A model generated the notes under the pieces. It had not been told where the DNA came from. It made no database searches and saw nothing but the letters and a program-made list of their open reading frames with translations. A program made the position numbers and the translations under genes. A DNA stretch of 64,000 bases from assembly GCA_964397045.1 (NCBI GenBank), contig CAYNHF010000021.1, forward strand, positions 17,653-81,652, given 5' to 3'. Origin of the DNA: an uncultured Acidimicrobiaceae bacterium (GTDB lineage Bacteria > Actinomycetota > Acidimicrobiia > Spongiisociales > UBA5794). Position 1 is the first letter of the stretch. Every line of letters starts with the position of its first letter. Of this stretch, positions 10,147 through 18,628 are shown one piece after another.

Positions 10147-11205
10147 ATGCGAGCACTCCGCAAGAACACGCCCGGCCCCGGTCTCCAACTCGCCGACATC
10201 CCGGTTCCGGAGATGGGCGCATTCGATGTGCTCATCCAGGTCAAGGCCACGTCGATCTGTGGAACGGACGTTCACATCTATCAGTGGGACGACTGGGCTG
10301 CCGAACACGTACGCACCCCGCTCACCGTCGGGCATGAGGTCTGCGGAATCGTCGTCGATCGTGGTACCGCAGTCACCGAGCCGAATCTGGGAGAGCTCGT
10401 ATCGGTGGAGTCGCATGTCATCTGCAATCGTTGCTCGTGGTGCCGGACCGGAAGGGGGCATCTGTGCGAGAAGACCGAGATTCTCGGCGTTCACCGTGAC
10501 GGTGCCTACGCGGAGTACGTGGTCGTCCCGGCAGAAAACGCGTGGCCCGATCCTCCGGACATGCCGTACTCGATTGCCTCGGTCCAGGAGAACTTCGGCA
10601 ACGCAGTGCACAGCGCCAGCACTCCGAACGTGGCTGGGCGAAAGGTGTTGGTAACCGGTATGGGTCCGGTCGGGATCATGGCGCTTGCCGCAGCTAAGGC
10701 GCTCGGGGCTCGATCGGTGTTCGCCACCGATATCAGTGACTATCGGCTCGATTTGGCGCGCAAGATGGGTGCCGACCTCGTCGTCAATGCCAGTCGTGAG
10801 GACGTGAAGGCTGTGGTGCTCGAGGCGTCCGATGGTGAGGGCATCGATGTGCTGCTCGAGATGTCTGGCGCTCCCCAGGCTATGGACGCAGGTTTCGACC
10901 TGCTCAAAGCCGGAGGGGAAGCAGCGCTGCTGGGACTGACCTCGAGCCTGCCCACCTTCGACCTCGACGATCACGTGATCTTCAAGGGCGCCACCGTGTA
11001 CGGCATCGTTGGCCGCGAACTCTGGCGCACCTGGTACCAGGCGCGTGGCCTCATGCGCTCCGGTGCCATCGACCTGGCGCCGGTGGTCACCCACCGCATG
11101 GTGCTGGAGGATTACGAGCGGGCTTTTGACCTGATGGTTTCCGGGCAGTGCGGCAAGATCGTGTTGTTCCCGGATCCGGCAGATGCAGACGGACCCCTGA
11201 GCTGA
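10147..11205 (+). CDS. tdh: L-threonine 3-dehydrogenase
   Basis: MDR Zn motifs (SICGTDVH, GHE, C..C..C....GHLC); paired with kbl. Confidence 0.9.
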   Translation: MRALRKNTPGPGLQLADIPVPEMGAFDVLIQVKATSICGTDVHIYQWDDWAAEHVRTPLTVGHEVCGIVVDRGTAVTEPNLGELVSVESHVICNRCSWCRTGRGHLCEKTEILGVHRDGAYAEYVVVPAENAWPDPPDMPYSIASVQENFGNAVHSASTPNVAGRKVLVTGMGPVGIMALAAAKALGARSVFATDISDYRLDLARKMGADLVVNASREDVKAVVLEASDGEGIDVLLEMSGAPQAMDAGFDLLKAGGEAALLGLTSSLPTFDLDDHVIFKGATVYGIVGRELWRTWYQARGLMRSGAIDLAPVVTHRMVLEDYERAFDLMVSGQCGKIVLFPDPADADGPLS

Positions 11206-11214
11206 GGAGCATCC

Positions 11215-12399
11215 ATGAGCAAGACCGGCTTCCTGAGCGAAGAACTCGACCAGCTCCGGGAGGAGGGCCTCTTCAATCAGATCCGGACGATTTCAGGACC
11301 GCAGGGTGCCTGGATCACGGTGGACGGCAAACGAGTGCTCAACTTCTGCTCCAACAACTACCTCGGTCTAGCCAACGATCCGCTGCTCCTCGCCGCTGCG
11401 AAGCGAGCACTCGATCAGTTCGGGATCGGTCCAGGGGCGGTCCGCACGATCGCAGGCAACATGGAGATTCACCACCGTCTCGAAACCCGGCTGGCCGCGT
11501 TCAAGGGCGTCGAGGCCACGATCTCTCTGCAATCGGGGTTTGCCGCCAACCTGGCGGTGATCCCCAGCATTACCGGCCGCGAAGACGTGATCATCTCGGA
11601 CGAACTCAATCATGCTTCGATCGTCGACGGCGTCCGGCTGTCACGCGCCGGCAGGGCCATCTATCACCACGCAGATGTCGATAACCTCCTGCTGCGGCTC
11701 CAGGAGGCTCGCGCCGGGGGAGCCAGACGTATCCTTGTCATCACCGATGGAGTCTTCTCCATGGACGGCGATCTCGCCCCACTGCCTGGGATCGTCGAGG
11801 TCGCGGACGAATACGACGCCATGGTCATGGTCGACGATGCACATGGAGAGGGCGTCGTGGGGCGTGGCGGCCGTGGGATCGTCGACCACTTCGACCTGCA
11901 CGGGCGGGTCGACATTGAAGTGGGGACCATGTCGAAGGCATTCGGCGTGATGGGTGGGTACGTCGCCGGATCGCAGGAACTCGTCGATTGGCTGAGCCAG
12001 CGAGGCCGTCCCTTCCTCTTCTCTTCAGCGTTGACCCCTCCCGACACCGCAGCGTGCCTAGCCGCGGTTGAGATTCTCGAGGGTTCGACGGAACTGGTCG
12101 ATCGTTTGTGGGCGAACGCGGCGCAGTTCAAGGCCGCCCTCACCGAAGCCGGTTTCGATATCGGATACAGCGATACCCCAATCACCCCCGTGATGCTGGG
12201 AGATGTGAAGCTGGCGAGAGAGTTCTCCCGGAGGCTCTTCGAAGACCAGGCCCTGTTCGCGCAAGCGATCGGCTACCCCACCGTCGCGGAAGGTGCCGCC
12301 CGGATCCGGGTCATGATCTCGGCGGCGCATTCGGAAGAGGATCTCTATCGAGGGGCCCAGGCTTTCAGCAGAGTGGGCAAGGAACTCAACGTCGTCTGA
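11215..12399 (+). CDS. kbl: glycine C-acetyltransferase (2-amino-3-ketobutyrate CoA ligase)
   Basis: [40 protein letters not shown] (PLP Lys). Confidence 0.9.
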   Translation: MSKTGFLSEELDQLREEGLFNQIRTISGPQGAWITVDGKRVLNFCSNNYLGLANDPLLLAAAKRALDQFGIGPGAVRTIAGNMEIHHRLETRLAAFKGVEATISLQSGFAANLAVIPSITGREDVIISDELNHASIVDGVRLSRAGRAIYHHADVDNLLLRLQEARAGGARRILVITDGVFSMDGDLAPLPGIVEVADEYDAMVMVDDAHGEGVVGRGGRGIVDHFDLHGRVDIEVGTMSKAFGVMGGYVAGSQELVDWLSQRGRPFLFSSALTPPDTAACLAAVEILEGSTELVDRLWANAAQFKAALTEAGFDIGYSDTPITPVMLGDVKLAREFSRRLFEDQALFAQAIGYPTVAEGAARIRVMISAAHSEEDLYRGAQAFSRVGKELNVV

Positions 12400-12440
12400 G
12401 TGCGGCCAGAACCGGCCGGAGAGGAAGACGGTGTCACCCC

Positions 12441-12638
12441 TCAAGCTCCCGGACTCTGACTTCCGGGCACAGGCCCGACGTCATCGTCTTCGATGACGAT
12501 ATCCCAGCGATCCATACACTCTTCGCAGCGATAGATCGCGATGTCACCCGGCCGCGGCGGGTCGCTTTCCGGCCACTCGTGCATCAGATGGGCCTTGCCC
12601 CCGCAATCGACACAGATGATGACTTTGGCCAACTCCAT
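12441..12638 (-). CDS. small zinc-ribbon-like hypothetical protein
   Basis: CVDCGG...YRCEECMDRWD, two CxxC pairs, 65 aa. Confidence 0.7.
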   Translation of the reverse strand: MELAKVIICVDCGGKAHLMHEWPESDPPRPGDIAIYRCEECMDRWDIVIEDDDVGPVPGSQSPGA

Positions 12639-12697
12639 GGCCCCAGGCTGGCACATCCGACTCCGTGTCGGACCGTGGAGGGGGATATCATCCCGGG

Positions 12698-13123
12698 ATG
12701 GACGAGGACCTTCAGATCACGAGGAACCCGCTGGTGCGGGTTCTCTATGTCGTGCTGGGGTTCGTGTTCTTGCTGCTCGGCATTGCCGGGTACCTGATCC
12801 CGGGGTTGCCGGGGACCGTCAATCTGTTGGTAGCGCTCTGGTTCTTCTCGATGTCCAGCGAACGCATGCATCGTTGGATGCTCACGAATCGATACTTCGG
12901 GCGTGGGCTGCGCGACTACAAGGCGGGGCTGGGCATCCCCCGAAACGTCAAGATCATCGCGGTGTCCGCCATCGTGCTCAGCATCAGCCTGAGCATTGTG
13001 CTGGCGATCGATGCCTGGTGGCTGCGGCTCGTTCTCATCGCGGTCGGGGCGTACGGGATCTGGTACATCCTGAGCCGGCCGACACGCGAGACGGTTCTGG
13101 CGGAACGAGCTGCCATCGACTGA
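12698..13123 (+). CDS. YbaN/DUF454 family inner membrane protein
   Basis: LGIAGYLIPGLPGT..LLVALWFF..SSERMHRWML motif; TATCAT 6 nt upstream of ATG. Confidence 0.85.
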   Translation: MDEDLQITRNPLVRVLYVVLGFVFLLLGIAGYLIPGLPGTVNLLVALWFFSMSSERMHRWMLTNRYFGRGLRDYKAGLGIPRNVKIIAVSAIVLSISLSIVLAIDAWWLRLVLIAVGAYGIWYILSRPTRETVLAERAAID

Positions 13124-13138
13124 CGGGTGGTCGATGCA

Positions 13139-13738
13139 TCACACGGGCGGTTCGGGGTCGTACTGGATGTAGCGACGCACCTCGCGGGCGCGTTCGGGCG
13201 AATGGAGGCGGGCCACCAGGTGCAGCGCCATATCGATCCCTGCCGAGACCCCCGCTGCGGTGATGACGCTTCCCCGATCCACGAAGCGATCGGAGGCACG
13301 CACCTCGATGTTGGTGCCGAGCCTGGCGAGATCATCCAGAGAACCCCAGTGAGTGGTGGCGGGACCGCCGTCGAGCAAGCCGGCATCTGCGTACACGAGG
13401 GAGCCGGTGCACACGCTCGTCATGAGCACGTCTGCGTCTGCCAACCCGGTTACCCATTCCCGGATCGTCGTGTCGCCGAGCTGAGGACGGGTGCCTCTGC
13501 CGCCCGGATAGACCAGCACGTCGATTCCAGGCACGTCCGCCCACGAGTAGTCGGGCTGCACCCGGAGTCCCTTGGCTGCGGTGACGACGCCGGGCAGGCG
13601 GGCAACGGTGAACACTTCGATGCCGTCTTCCGGCCAGCCCTGCGACCACGCAGCCAGCACTTCCCACGGTCCCGCCCAGTCCAGTTCCTCTGCGCCTTCG
13701 AACAGGAAGATTCCGATCCCGGTTCGGTCGGTTGTCAT
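13139..13738 (-). CDS. DJ-1/PfpI family protein
   Basis: EELDWAGPWEV, VYPGG.G, SVCTGS (Cys), ATTHW, AAGVSAGIDMAL. Confidence 0.88.
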   Translation of the reverse strand: MTTDRTGIGIFLFEGAEELDWAGPWEVLAAWSQGWPEDGIEVFTVARLPGVVTAAKGLRVQPDYSWADVPGIDVLVYPGGRGTRPQLGDTTIREWVTGLADADVLMTSVCTGSLVYADAGLLDGGPATTHWGSLDDLARLGTNIEVRASDRFVDRGSVITAAGVSAGIDMALHLVARLHSPERAREVRRYIQYDPEPPV

Positions 13739-13777
13739 GCGGGCATCCTCTCGAGCGAAACGGGCAGGCGACGCGGG

Positions 13778-13803
13778 AGGGCCGCCCGCTGTCGGGCGGC
13801 CCT
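13778..13803. terminator. 11-bp GC hairpin
   Basis: AGGGCCGCCCG-ctgt-CGGGCGGCCCT perfect inverted repeat. Confidence 0.55.
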
Positions 13804-13807
13804 TCAG

Positions 13808-13969
13808 CCCCTCACTCCGACTATCGGCCCGAAGGTCCCTCCGCGGTGTTACTTCGGTCCGCAAATCGCGAAAAGAAGACTAGGGATCGAGCGTTCTGGC
13901 TCGCAAGTGGGAGCGCTGCGCGAGGCAGAGTGCTGCGCTCCGGACCCAGGCCTCTTGCCGAGTGAGGGG
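13808..13969 (-). ncRNA. candidate structured small RNA (rod-shaped, ends paired), family unassigned
   Basis: CCCCTCACTC (13808-13817) complements GAGTGAGGGG (13960-13969); pairing continues inward for ~23 bp; two positions are G-U on the minus strand but A-C on plus; intergenic. Confidence 0.5.
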
Positions 13970-13991
13970 TAAGTGCCATAGCCTCGGGGTC

Positions 13992-14231
13992 GTGGATCGC
14001 ATCATCGTTGACGTCGACAAGGAGTGGCTCTCGGTGGGCGACATCTGTGCCTACATGGATGTGTCGCCGTTCGTTGTCACCGGTCAGCTTCGTTCGGGCA
14101 ATTTGCCTGCAGTGAAGTTCGGACGCGAATGGCGCGTTGCTCGAGCCGACTTCGAGGATTGGATCAATGCCCAGCGCCTCGAGTCTCGCACCCGCCGTCC
14201 CGAAGAGGACATGGACGTGGACGCTCTGTAG
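13992..14231 (+). CDS. HTH_17/excisionase-like (BldC-like) small DNA-binding protein
   Basis: [15 protein letters not shown]...[17 protein letters not shown]; TAGCCT 7 nt before GTG. Confidence 0.8.
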   Translation: MDRIIVDVDKEWLSVGDICAYMDVSPFVVTGQLRSGNLPAVKFGREWRVARADFEDWINAQRLESRTRRPEEDMDVDAL

Positions 14232-14272
14232 CGACGGTGGTGGAAGGCTGGGTCCGTCGGTACCCTGGCCCT

Positions 14273-14557
14273 GTGACGAGCCCGGCAACGATCCCAAGCA
14301 TCGCAGATCTGGAAGCGACGGCGATCGCGCCCACCTGGGATGTCATCGTCTGGAACGACCCGGTCAATCTGATGTCCTATGTGGTGTGGGTGTTCCGCAG
14401 ACTCTTCGGCTATTCGGAGGCCCATGCGACTCGATTGATGCTCGAGGTGCACAACGGCGGGCGGTCCACCGTCGCCTCGGGTTCACTCGAGCAATCCGAA
14501 GTGCACGTCATCGACCTGCATCGGCACGGGCTGTGGGCAACCCTGGAGAAGCGATGA
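14273..14557 (+). CDS. clpS: ATP-dependent Clp protease adaptor ClpS
   Basis: [27 protein letters not shown]...[12 protein letters not shown]. Confidence 0.92.
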   Translation: MTSPATIPSIADLEATAIAPTWDVIVWNDPVNLMSYVVWVFRRLFGYSEAHATRLMLEVHNGGRSTVASGSLEQSEVHVIDLHRHGLWATLEKR

Positions 14558-15042
14558 CTCACCGGTTCCGTCGCAGCTCATCCGGGATCGAAGTCACCCT
14601 CGAACCCACCGAGTATGCCGTGCTGGAGCGAGTACCTGCTCTGCTGGGCTCGATCGGAGCCGACCGCGACGATCCGGCTTCCGCGAGGCTCGACCCTCCG
14701 GTGCATCCGGGCAATGACAAAGCCTCGAGCGAATTCGTGAGGCTTGCCGGTGTCGAGGTGACGCATGGCAGGTCGGTGGACGCCGAGATGTTCGGACACT
14801 CTGTGGCTGCCGGACAGGCTGGGCGGTCACTCTCCCTGGAAGCAGCGGAAGCCTGGGTACGGGCGCTGGGTACGGCACGGATCGCTTTGATCGCGCGTAG
14901 CGGTCGTGATTTCGACGACGCATCGTTCACTGCGGCAGATCGAACCGATCCGAACCTCCTGCTGGTGGACTACCTGGGGGTCCTGCAGGAAGAGTTGCTC
15001 ACGGTGTTGATGGCGGATGTGCCGCCGGACGGCGATGGCTGA
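14554..15042 (+). CDS. DUF2017 family protein
   Basis: ATGA overlap with clpS; [10 protein letters not shown] and [15 protein letters not shown] segments; usual actinobacterial clpS partner. Confidence 0.75.
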   Translation: MTHRFRRSSSGIEVTLEPTEYAVLERVPALLGSIGADRDDPASARLDPPVHPGNDKASSEFVRLAGVEVTHGRSVDAEMFGHSVAAGQAGRSLSLEAAEAWVRALGTARIALIARSGRDFDDASFTAADRTDPNLLLVDYLGVLQEELLTVLMADVPPDGDG

Positions 15043-15114
15043 TGATGGCTTCCTCTTCTCATGTGGCCGCGCTCTTTCGCGACGGTGGAGCGATGCCCGA
15101 CAGATCGGTCGGCA

Positions 15115-15702
15115 GTGAGTGAACTAGCGGCGCTCGTTGTGGCTACCGGCGAGGTCGGTGGGCGTGCGATCGCCCTGGCTCCCTGGGGCTCCGGGTCGGT
15201 TCTGGAGCATGTGCTCCAGACCGTCAGAGAGACTGGTATCGAACTCATCGTGGTGGTGGTCGGCCCGTCTTCCGAGCTGATTGTGGAAGGCAGCGACCTC
15301 GGAGACGCGACCATCGTTATCGATCCTGAGTGGACAGAAGGGCAGGCAGCTCCGCTCCGGTGTGGTCTCGATGAGTTGATGCGTCACGATGACACCCAGA
15401 CAGCCGTGCTCCTCACGGTCCAGCAGCCACTGGTGGAGCCCGGCGTGATCGCGGCGGTGGTCGAAGCACGCGAGGAGGCGGGGACGGCGGCGGCGATGCC
15501 GAAGTATCGCTACGCGACTGGTCTGCCGCTCGTGGTCCGTCGCGATCTGTGGCCCAGACTCATGGGGCTGGAGGGAGACTCGAGCGCAGAGTCGTTCTTC
15601 AAGGCTCACCCGGAGTGGACTCACGAGATGTGGGTCGACCGCCTGGCCCCCGCGACGGTCACCACGGTCGACGAGTTGACTGCCATCGCTCCCCGAGGTT
15701 GA
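15115..15702 (+). CDS. MocA/MobA-like nucleotidyltransferase-fold protein with degenerate motifs
   Basis: Overall pattern (SVLEHVLQ, VVVVG, NP-like DPEWTEGQ..PLRCG, QQP, P.Y...TGLP) fits NTP_transf_3, but AAG-x-S-x-R-M-G, the LGDQP Asp and the DxD are absent. Confidence 0.65.
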   Translation: MSELAALVVATGEVGGRAIALAPWGSGSVLEHVLQTVRETGIELIVVVVGPSSELIVEGSDLGDATIVIDPEWTEGQAAPLRCGLDELMRHDDTQTAVLLTVQQPLVEPGVIAAVVEAREEAGTAAAMPKYRYATGLPLVVRRDLWPRLMGLEGDSSAESFFKAHPEWTHEMWVDRLAPATVTTVDELTAIAPRG

Positions 15703-15810
15703 GAGCGGTTTGGCAGGCGGCAACCTGTCCTGAGTAGGCTTCATACTCGTGTCCGGCGAGTGCCCGAGTGCGGTGCCGTGGGGGACCTGGCGATACAGGA
15801 AGGACTGGCG

Positions 15811-16215
15811 ATGGCGTCGATCGATACGATCGAGGGGATCGGTACCCGACAGGCAACCAAGCTGCGCAAGGCTCGGATTCGCACGACTGAAGCACTGCTC
15901 AAGACTGGTGCAACTCGCCGGGGTAGACGAGAACTTGCTGCCAGTACCGGTATCTCGGAGAAGCTGATTCTGGCGTGGGTCAACCGTGCCGACCTGATGC
16001 GCGTCAAGGGCGTCGGCGAGGAGTACAGCGATTTGATGGAAGCAGCGGGTGTCGACACGGTGAAGGAGTTGCGGCGGCGCAACCCTGCGAACCTGCTGGC
16101 CGCCATGGTGGCGGTGAATTCGAAGAAGAAGCTGGTACGCCGGCTTCCCACGGAGTCGATGGTGACTCGTTGGGTGGACCATGCGAAGACACTCGACTCG
16201 GTTGTGAGGTACTGA
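15811..16215 (+). CDS. DUF4332 domain protein (HhH-like)
   Basis: IDTIEGIG...WVNRADLMRVKGVGEEYSDLMEAAGVDTVKELRRRNPANL...RLPT. Confidence 0.85.
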   Translation: MASIDTIEGIGTRQATKLRKARIRTTEALLKTGATRRGRRELAASTGISEKLILAWVNRADLMRVKGVGEEYSDLMEAAGVDTVKELRRRNPANLLAAMVAVNSKKKLVRRLPTESMVTRWVDHAKTLDSVVRY

Positions 16216-16254
16216 GGCTGCCGCGTTTCGCGGTCATACGCCCTCCCGACACGG

Positions 16255-16281
16255 GCGAGCCCCGGCTCGACCGGGGCTCGC
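16255..16281. terminator. hairpin between convergent genes
   Basis: GCGAGCCCCGG-ctcga-CCGGGGCTCGC, 11 bp. Confidence 0.6.
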
Positions 16282-16365
16282 GATCGGTAAGGGAGATAGG
16301 TGGGAGGGGAGCCTATCTCGCACCGCGCCTCTCGGCGCGCTTACCTTGTGATGTGAGGTCGGTGG

Positions 16366-16929
16366 CTACTTGCCCGCCGTTGCCTTCGAGGCCGTTGCCT
16401 TCGAGGCCGTTGCCTTTGAGGTCGTTGCCTTCGGTGTGGCCTTCTTGGGCGTAGCGGAGGCCGTCTTCTTGGCGCTCGCCGTCGACCCCGACTTCTTGGC
16501 CGGCTTCTTCGCCTGCGTGGAGGTCGCCTTGGGCGACGTCTTGGCCGCTGCCTTCGGCTTGGCTTCTGCCTTCGGCTTGGCTGCAGGTTTCGGCTCTGCC
16601 GGCTTCGTGGCCGGGGTGAAGCTCTCGCGCCACTGCACCATCGTGTGCTCGAGCTGATCCCGCAGCTTGCCGACGCGCTCCTGAATCTGCTCGATGTCGA
16701 CCTTCTCCTGGAGGTCCTCAACGACGCGTCGCTCCTGGATCTGCCTGGTGACGACCTCGCCTTCCTCGGCCCAGCCGGAGTAGCGGGTGCTGAAACCGTC
16801 TGCGACCTTGGTGCTGTAGCCGGAAAGCTTGGTACCGAAACCCCGAGCCTGCCTGGCGGCGACGACCGGTGCGCCGACTGCGGCGTAGAGGGCCTTGGTG
16901 ACCTTGCTGTTGTCTGCCTTCGTTGCCAT
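16366..16929 (-). CDS. HbhA/TadA-like protein with Lys/Ala/Pro-rich basic tail
   Basis: N-terminal LYAAVGA, STRY...EEGE segments resemble mycobacterial HBHA; AKP/KKA/KATAS tail; coupled to an XRE regulator as in the Rv0474-hbhA pair. Confidence 0.6.
   Translation of the reverse strand: MATKADNSKVTKALYAAVGAPVVAARQARGFGTKLSGYSTKVADGFSTRYSGWAEEGEVVTRQIQERRVVEDLQEKVDIEQIQERVGKLRDQLEHTMVQWRESFTPATKPAEPKPAAKPKAEAKPKAAAKTSPKATSTQAKKPAKKSGSTASAKKTASATPKKATPKATTSKATASKATASKATAGK
16376..16433 (-). repeat. 15-nt tandem repeat (KATAS x ~4) in the basic tail
   Basis: gccgttgccttcgag at 16376 and 16391, variants at 16406 and 16421. Confidence 0.85.
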
Positions 16930-17273
16930 TACTTCTCCTGTTCGTTGTCTCTGATAAAGCTGTTGTAGATCTGCACCAGAGCATGCTTCTGACCTTGATC
17001 GAGTTGTGGGTCGGCTTCGACTGCTGCGAGAACCTCGGTGGCGTCGCGGTCGTGGTCGAGGAGTCCGGCCCGTTCGTACAACGTCTCAGCCCTGATAGAC
17101 AGGCCCCGTGCGATCGACTTGAGGATTTCGGCCGACGGTTTGCGGAGGCCTCGCTCAATCTGGCTGAGGTACGGATTCGAGATTCCTGCCTTGTCGGCGA
17201 GGTTGCGCACCGACATGGCGCTGCGCTCTCGTTGTTGTCGTATGAATGCTCCTACGTCTGCGCGTTGCTTCAC
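16929..17273 (-). CDS. XRE-family transcriptional regulator (Rv0474-like)
   Basis: SVRNLADKAGISNPYLSQIERGLRKPSAEIL; TAATG stop/start overlap with the next gene; TATATT 6 nt before GTG. Confidence 0.9.
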   Translation of the reverse strand: MKQRADVGAFIRQQRERSAMSVRNLADKAGISNPYLSQIERGLRKPSAEILKSIARGLSIRAETLYERAGLLDHDRDATEVLAAVEADPQLDQGQKHALVQIYNSFIRDNEQEK

Positions 17274-17362
17274 CCTTGCAATATATCGCACTCTGCTAGC
17301 TATTGCAAGCAGTCCTCCGAGGTTCGAGAGGACTCAGCGGGAAGGGTCGGCGAGGAACTGGG

Positions 17363-18628
17363 CTACCAGAGGGTGGTACGACGCGCCAGCATCTCGTTCA
17401 GCGCATCCTGGATCGTGTTCCGTATCGTCTCGGTTCGTTCCAGCAGCCACAACGGGTCTGGCAGCTCGACTTCGCCGGTCGGCTCGACGGGAGGCAGAAA
17501 GCGAATGGTCCATTTCACGGGCAGCGGTAGCGGGTTGAGGAACACCGCGACACCCTCGACGCGTTGGTCCGGCAGGACGAGGCGTACGAGTCGCGCCAGG
17601 CGCTTCGAGACGGAAACCGCCGGATGGACCTCCTCGGAGCCGATGATCGCCACCGGCACGATCGGCGCTTGCGATTGTTCGGCCAACGTAACGAAGCCAC
17701 CGCGTCCGAATCTTTGCACCTCGTAGGCATTCCAGACCGGTTTCATGAAGCCTCGTTCTCCCTCGGGGAACACACCGAGGATGTGGCCGGAATCCAGCAC
17801 GTGGCGGGCATCGGCCCGGGAGGCATATACCGCCCCCGCCTTGCGGTACCAATGCGACAGCCAAGGAAGCTGATTGAAGACCTCGGTCGCGGCAACCCGG
17901 ATCCGCCGTGGGAGTGGAGCCTCATTCATGGCCGCGATGCTCAACAGCATGCCGTCGTAGGGGAGGGCTGCGCCACCGTGATTGGACACGATGAGTGCCG
18001 GACCCTCCATCGGAAGGTGCTCGATCCCTTCGACCTCTACCCGGAAGTAGTCGAAGTACAGGTAGTTGAGGAGGTGCCACGCGACCTCGGAGAAGAGTGG
18101 GTCGAGACCGATCGGGTCGATCTCGTAGCTGGCCAGCCAGGACTGCCGCATCAGAGTAGGCCAGGTGTCGAAGCCGAGCCGCCCCAGTGCGGGCACTGCC
18201 AGATCTGTGATGGCAAGGCCGCCGTGCAGCACACATCGCTCCCCATCGCGGGCCGTGGGTAGCCCGCAAGGATGTCCCTCCGCCGAGCGCCACGGGCATC
18301 GGCGGGAAGTGTCTACGAAAGCCGCAAGCCGTTGGTAGAGCCGTTCGCGACGTTGCGCACCGGGACCATCAGGTCCGAACAGGGTGGCGATGTCGATCCG
18401 GGGTGGCGGAGCCGTACCGTATTCGTTCGCATCGAGTGCTTCGCCAACGAAACCGGATTCGGCTCCTGCCTCGTCTGTTGGGCTCGGTCGCGGGCGGGTT
18501 GTCGCCTGGGCCCGTAGCGCTGTCACGAGCTCAGCCTTGGTCATTCGGGATCGGCCTCGCACGTCTGCCCGCCTCGCCAGTTCCATCAACTCGTCCTTGC
18601 GAAGCGACTCGAGATCAAAAGTCGTCAT
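17363..18628 (-). CDS. lysophospholipid acyltransferase-family protein with N-terminal Rho_N-like and Cys3His segments
   Basis: C-terminal NHGG...D and FPEG motifs; N-terminal LRKDELMELARRADVRGRSRMTKAELVTAL; C-x9-C-x10-C-x2-HGG. Confidence 0.85.
   Translation of the reverse strand: MTTFDLESLRKDELMELARRADVRGRSRMTKAELVTALRAQATTRPRPSPTDEAGAESGFVGEALDANEYGTAPPPRIDIATLFGPDGPGAQRRERLYQRLAAFVDTSRRCPWRSAEGHPCGLPTARDGERCVLHGGLAITDLAVPALGRLGFDTWPTLMRQSWLASYEIDPIGLDPLFSEVAWHLLNYLYFDYFRVEVEGIEHLPMEGPALIVSNHGGAALPYDGMLLSIAAMNEAPLPRRIRVAATEVFNQLPWLSHWYRKAGAVYASRADARHVLDSGHILGVFPEGERGFMKPVWNAYEVQRFGRGGFVTLAEQSQAPIVPVAIIGSEEVHPAVSVSKRLARLVRLVLPDQRVEGVAVFLNPLPLPVKWTIRFLPPVEPTGEVELPDPLWLLERTETIRNTIQDALNEMLARRTTLW

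Noticed and set aside
13992-14231. Prophage excisionase
   Set aside because: No integrase, att site or phage genes nearby; core-gene context
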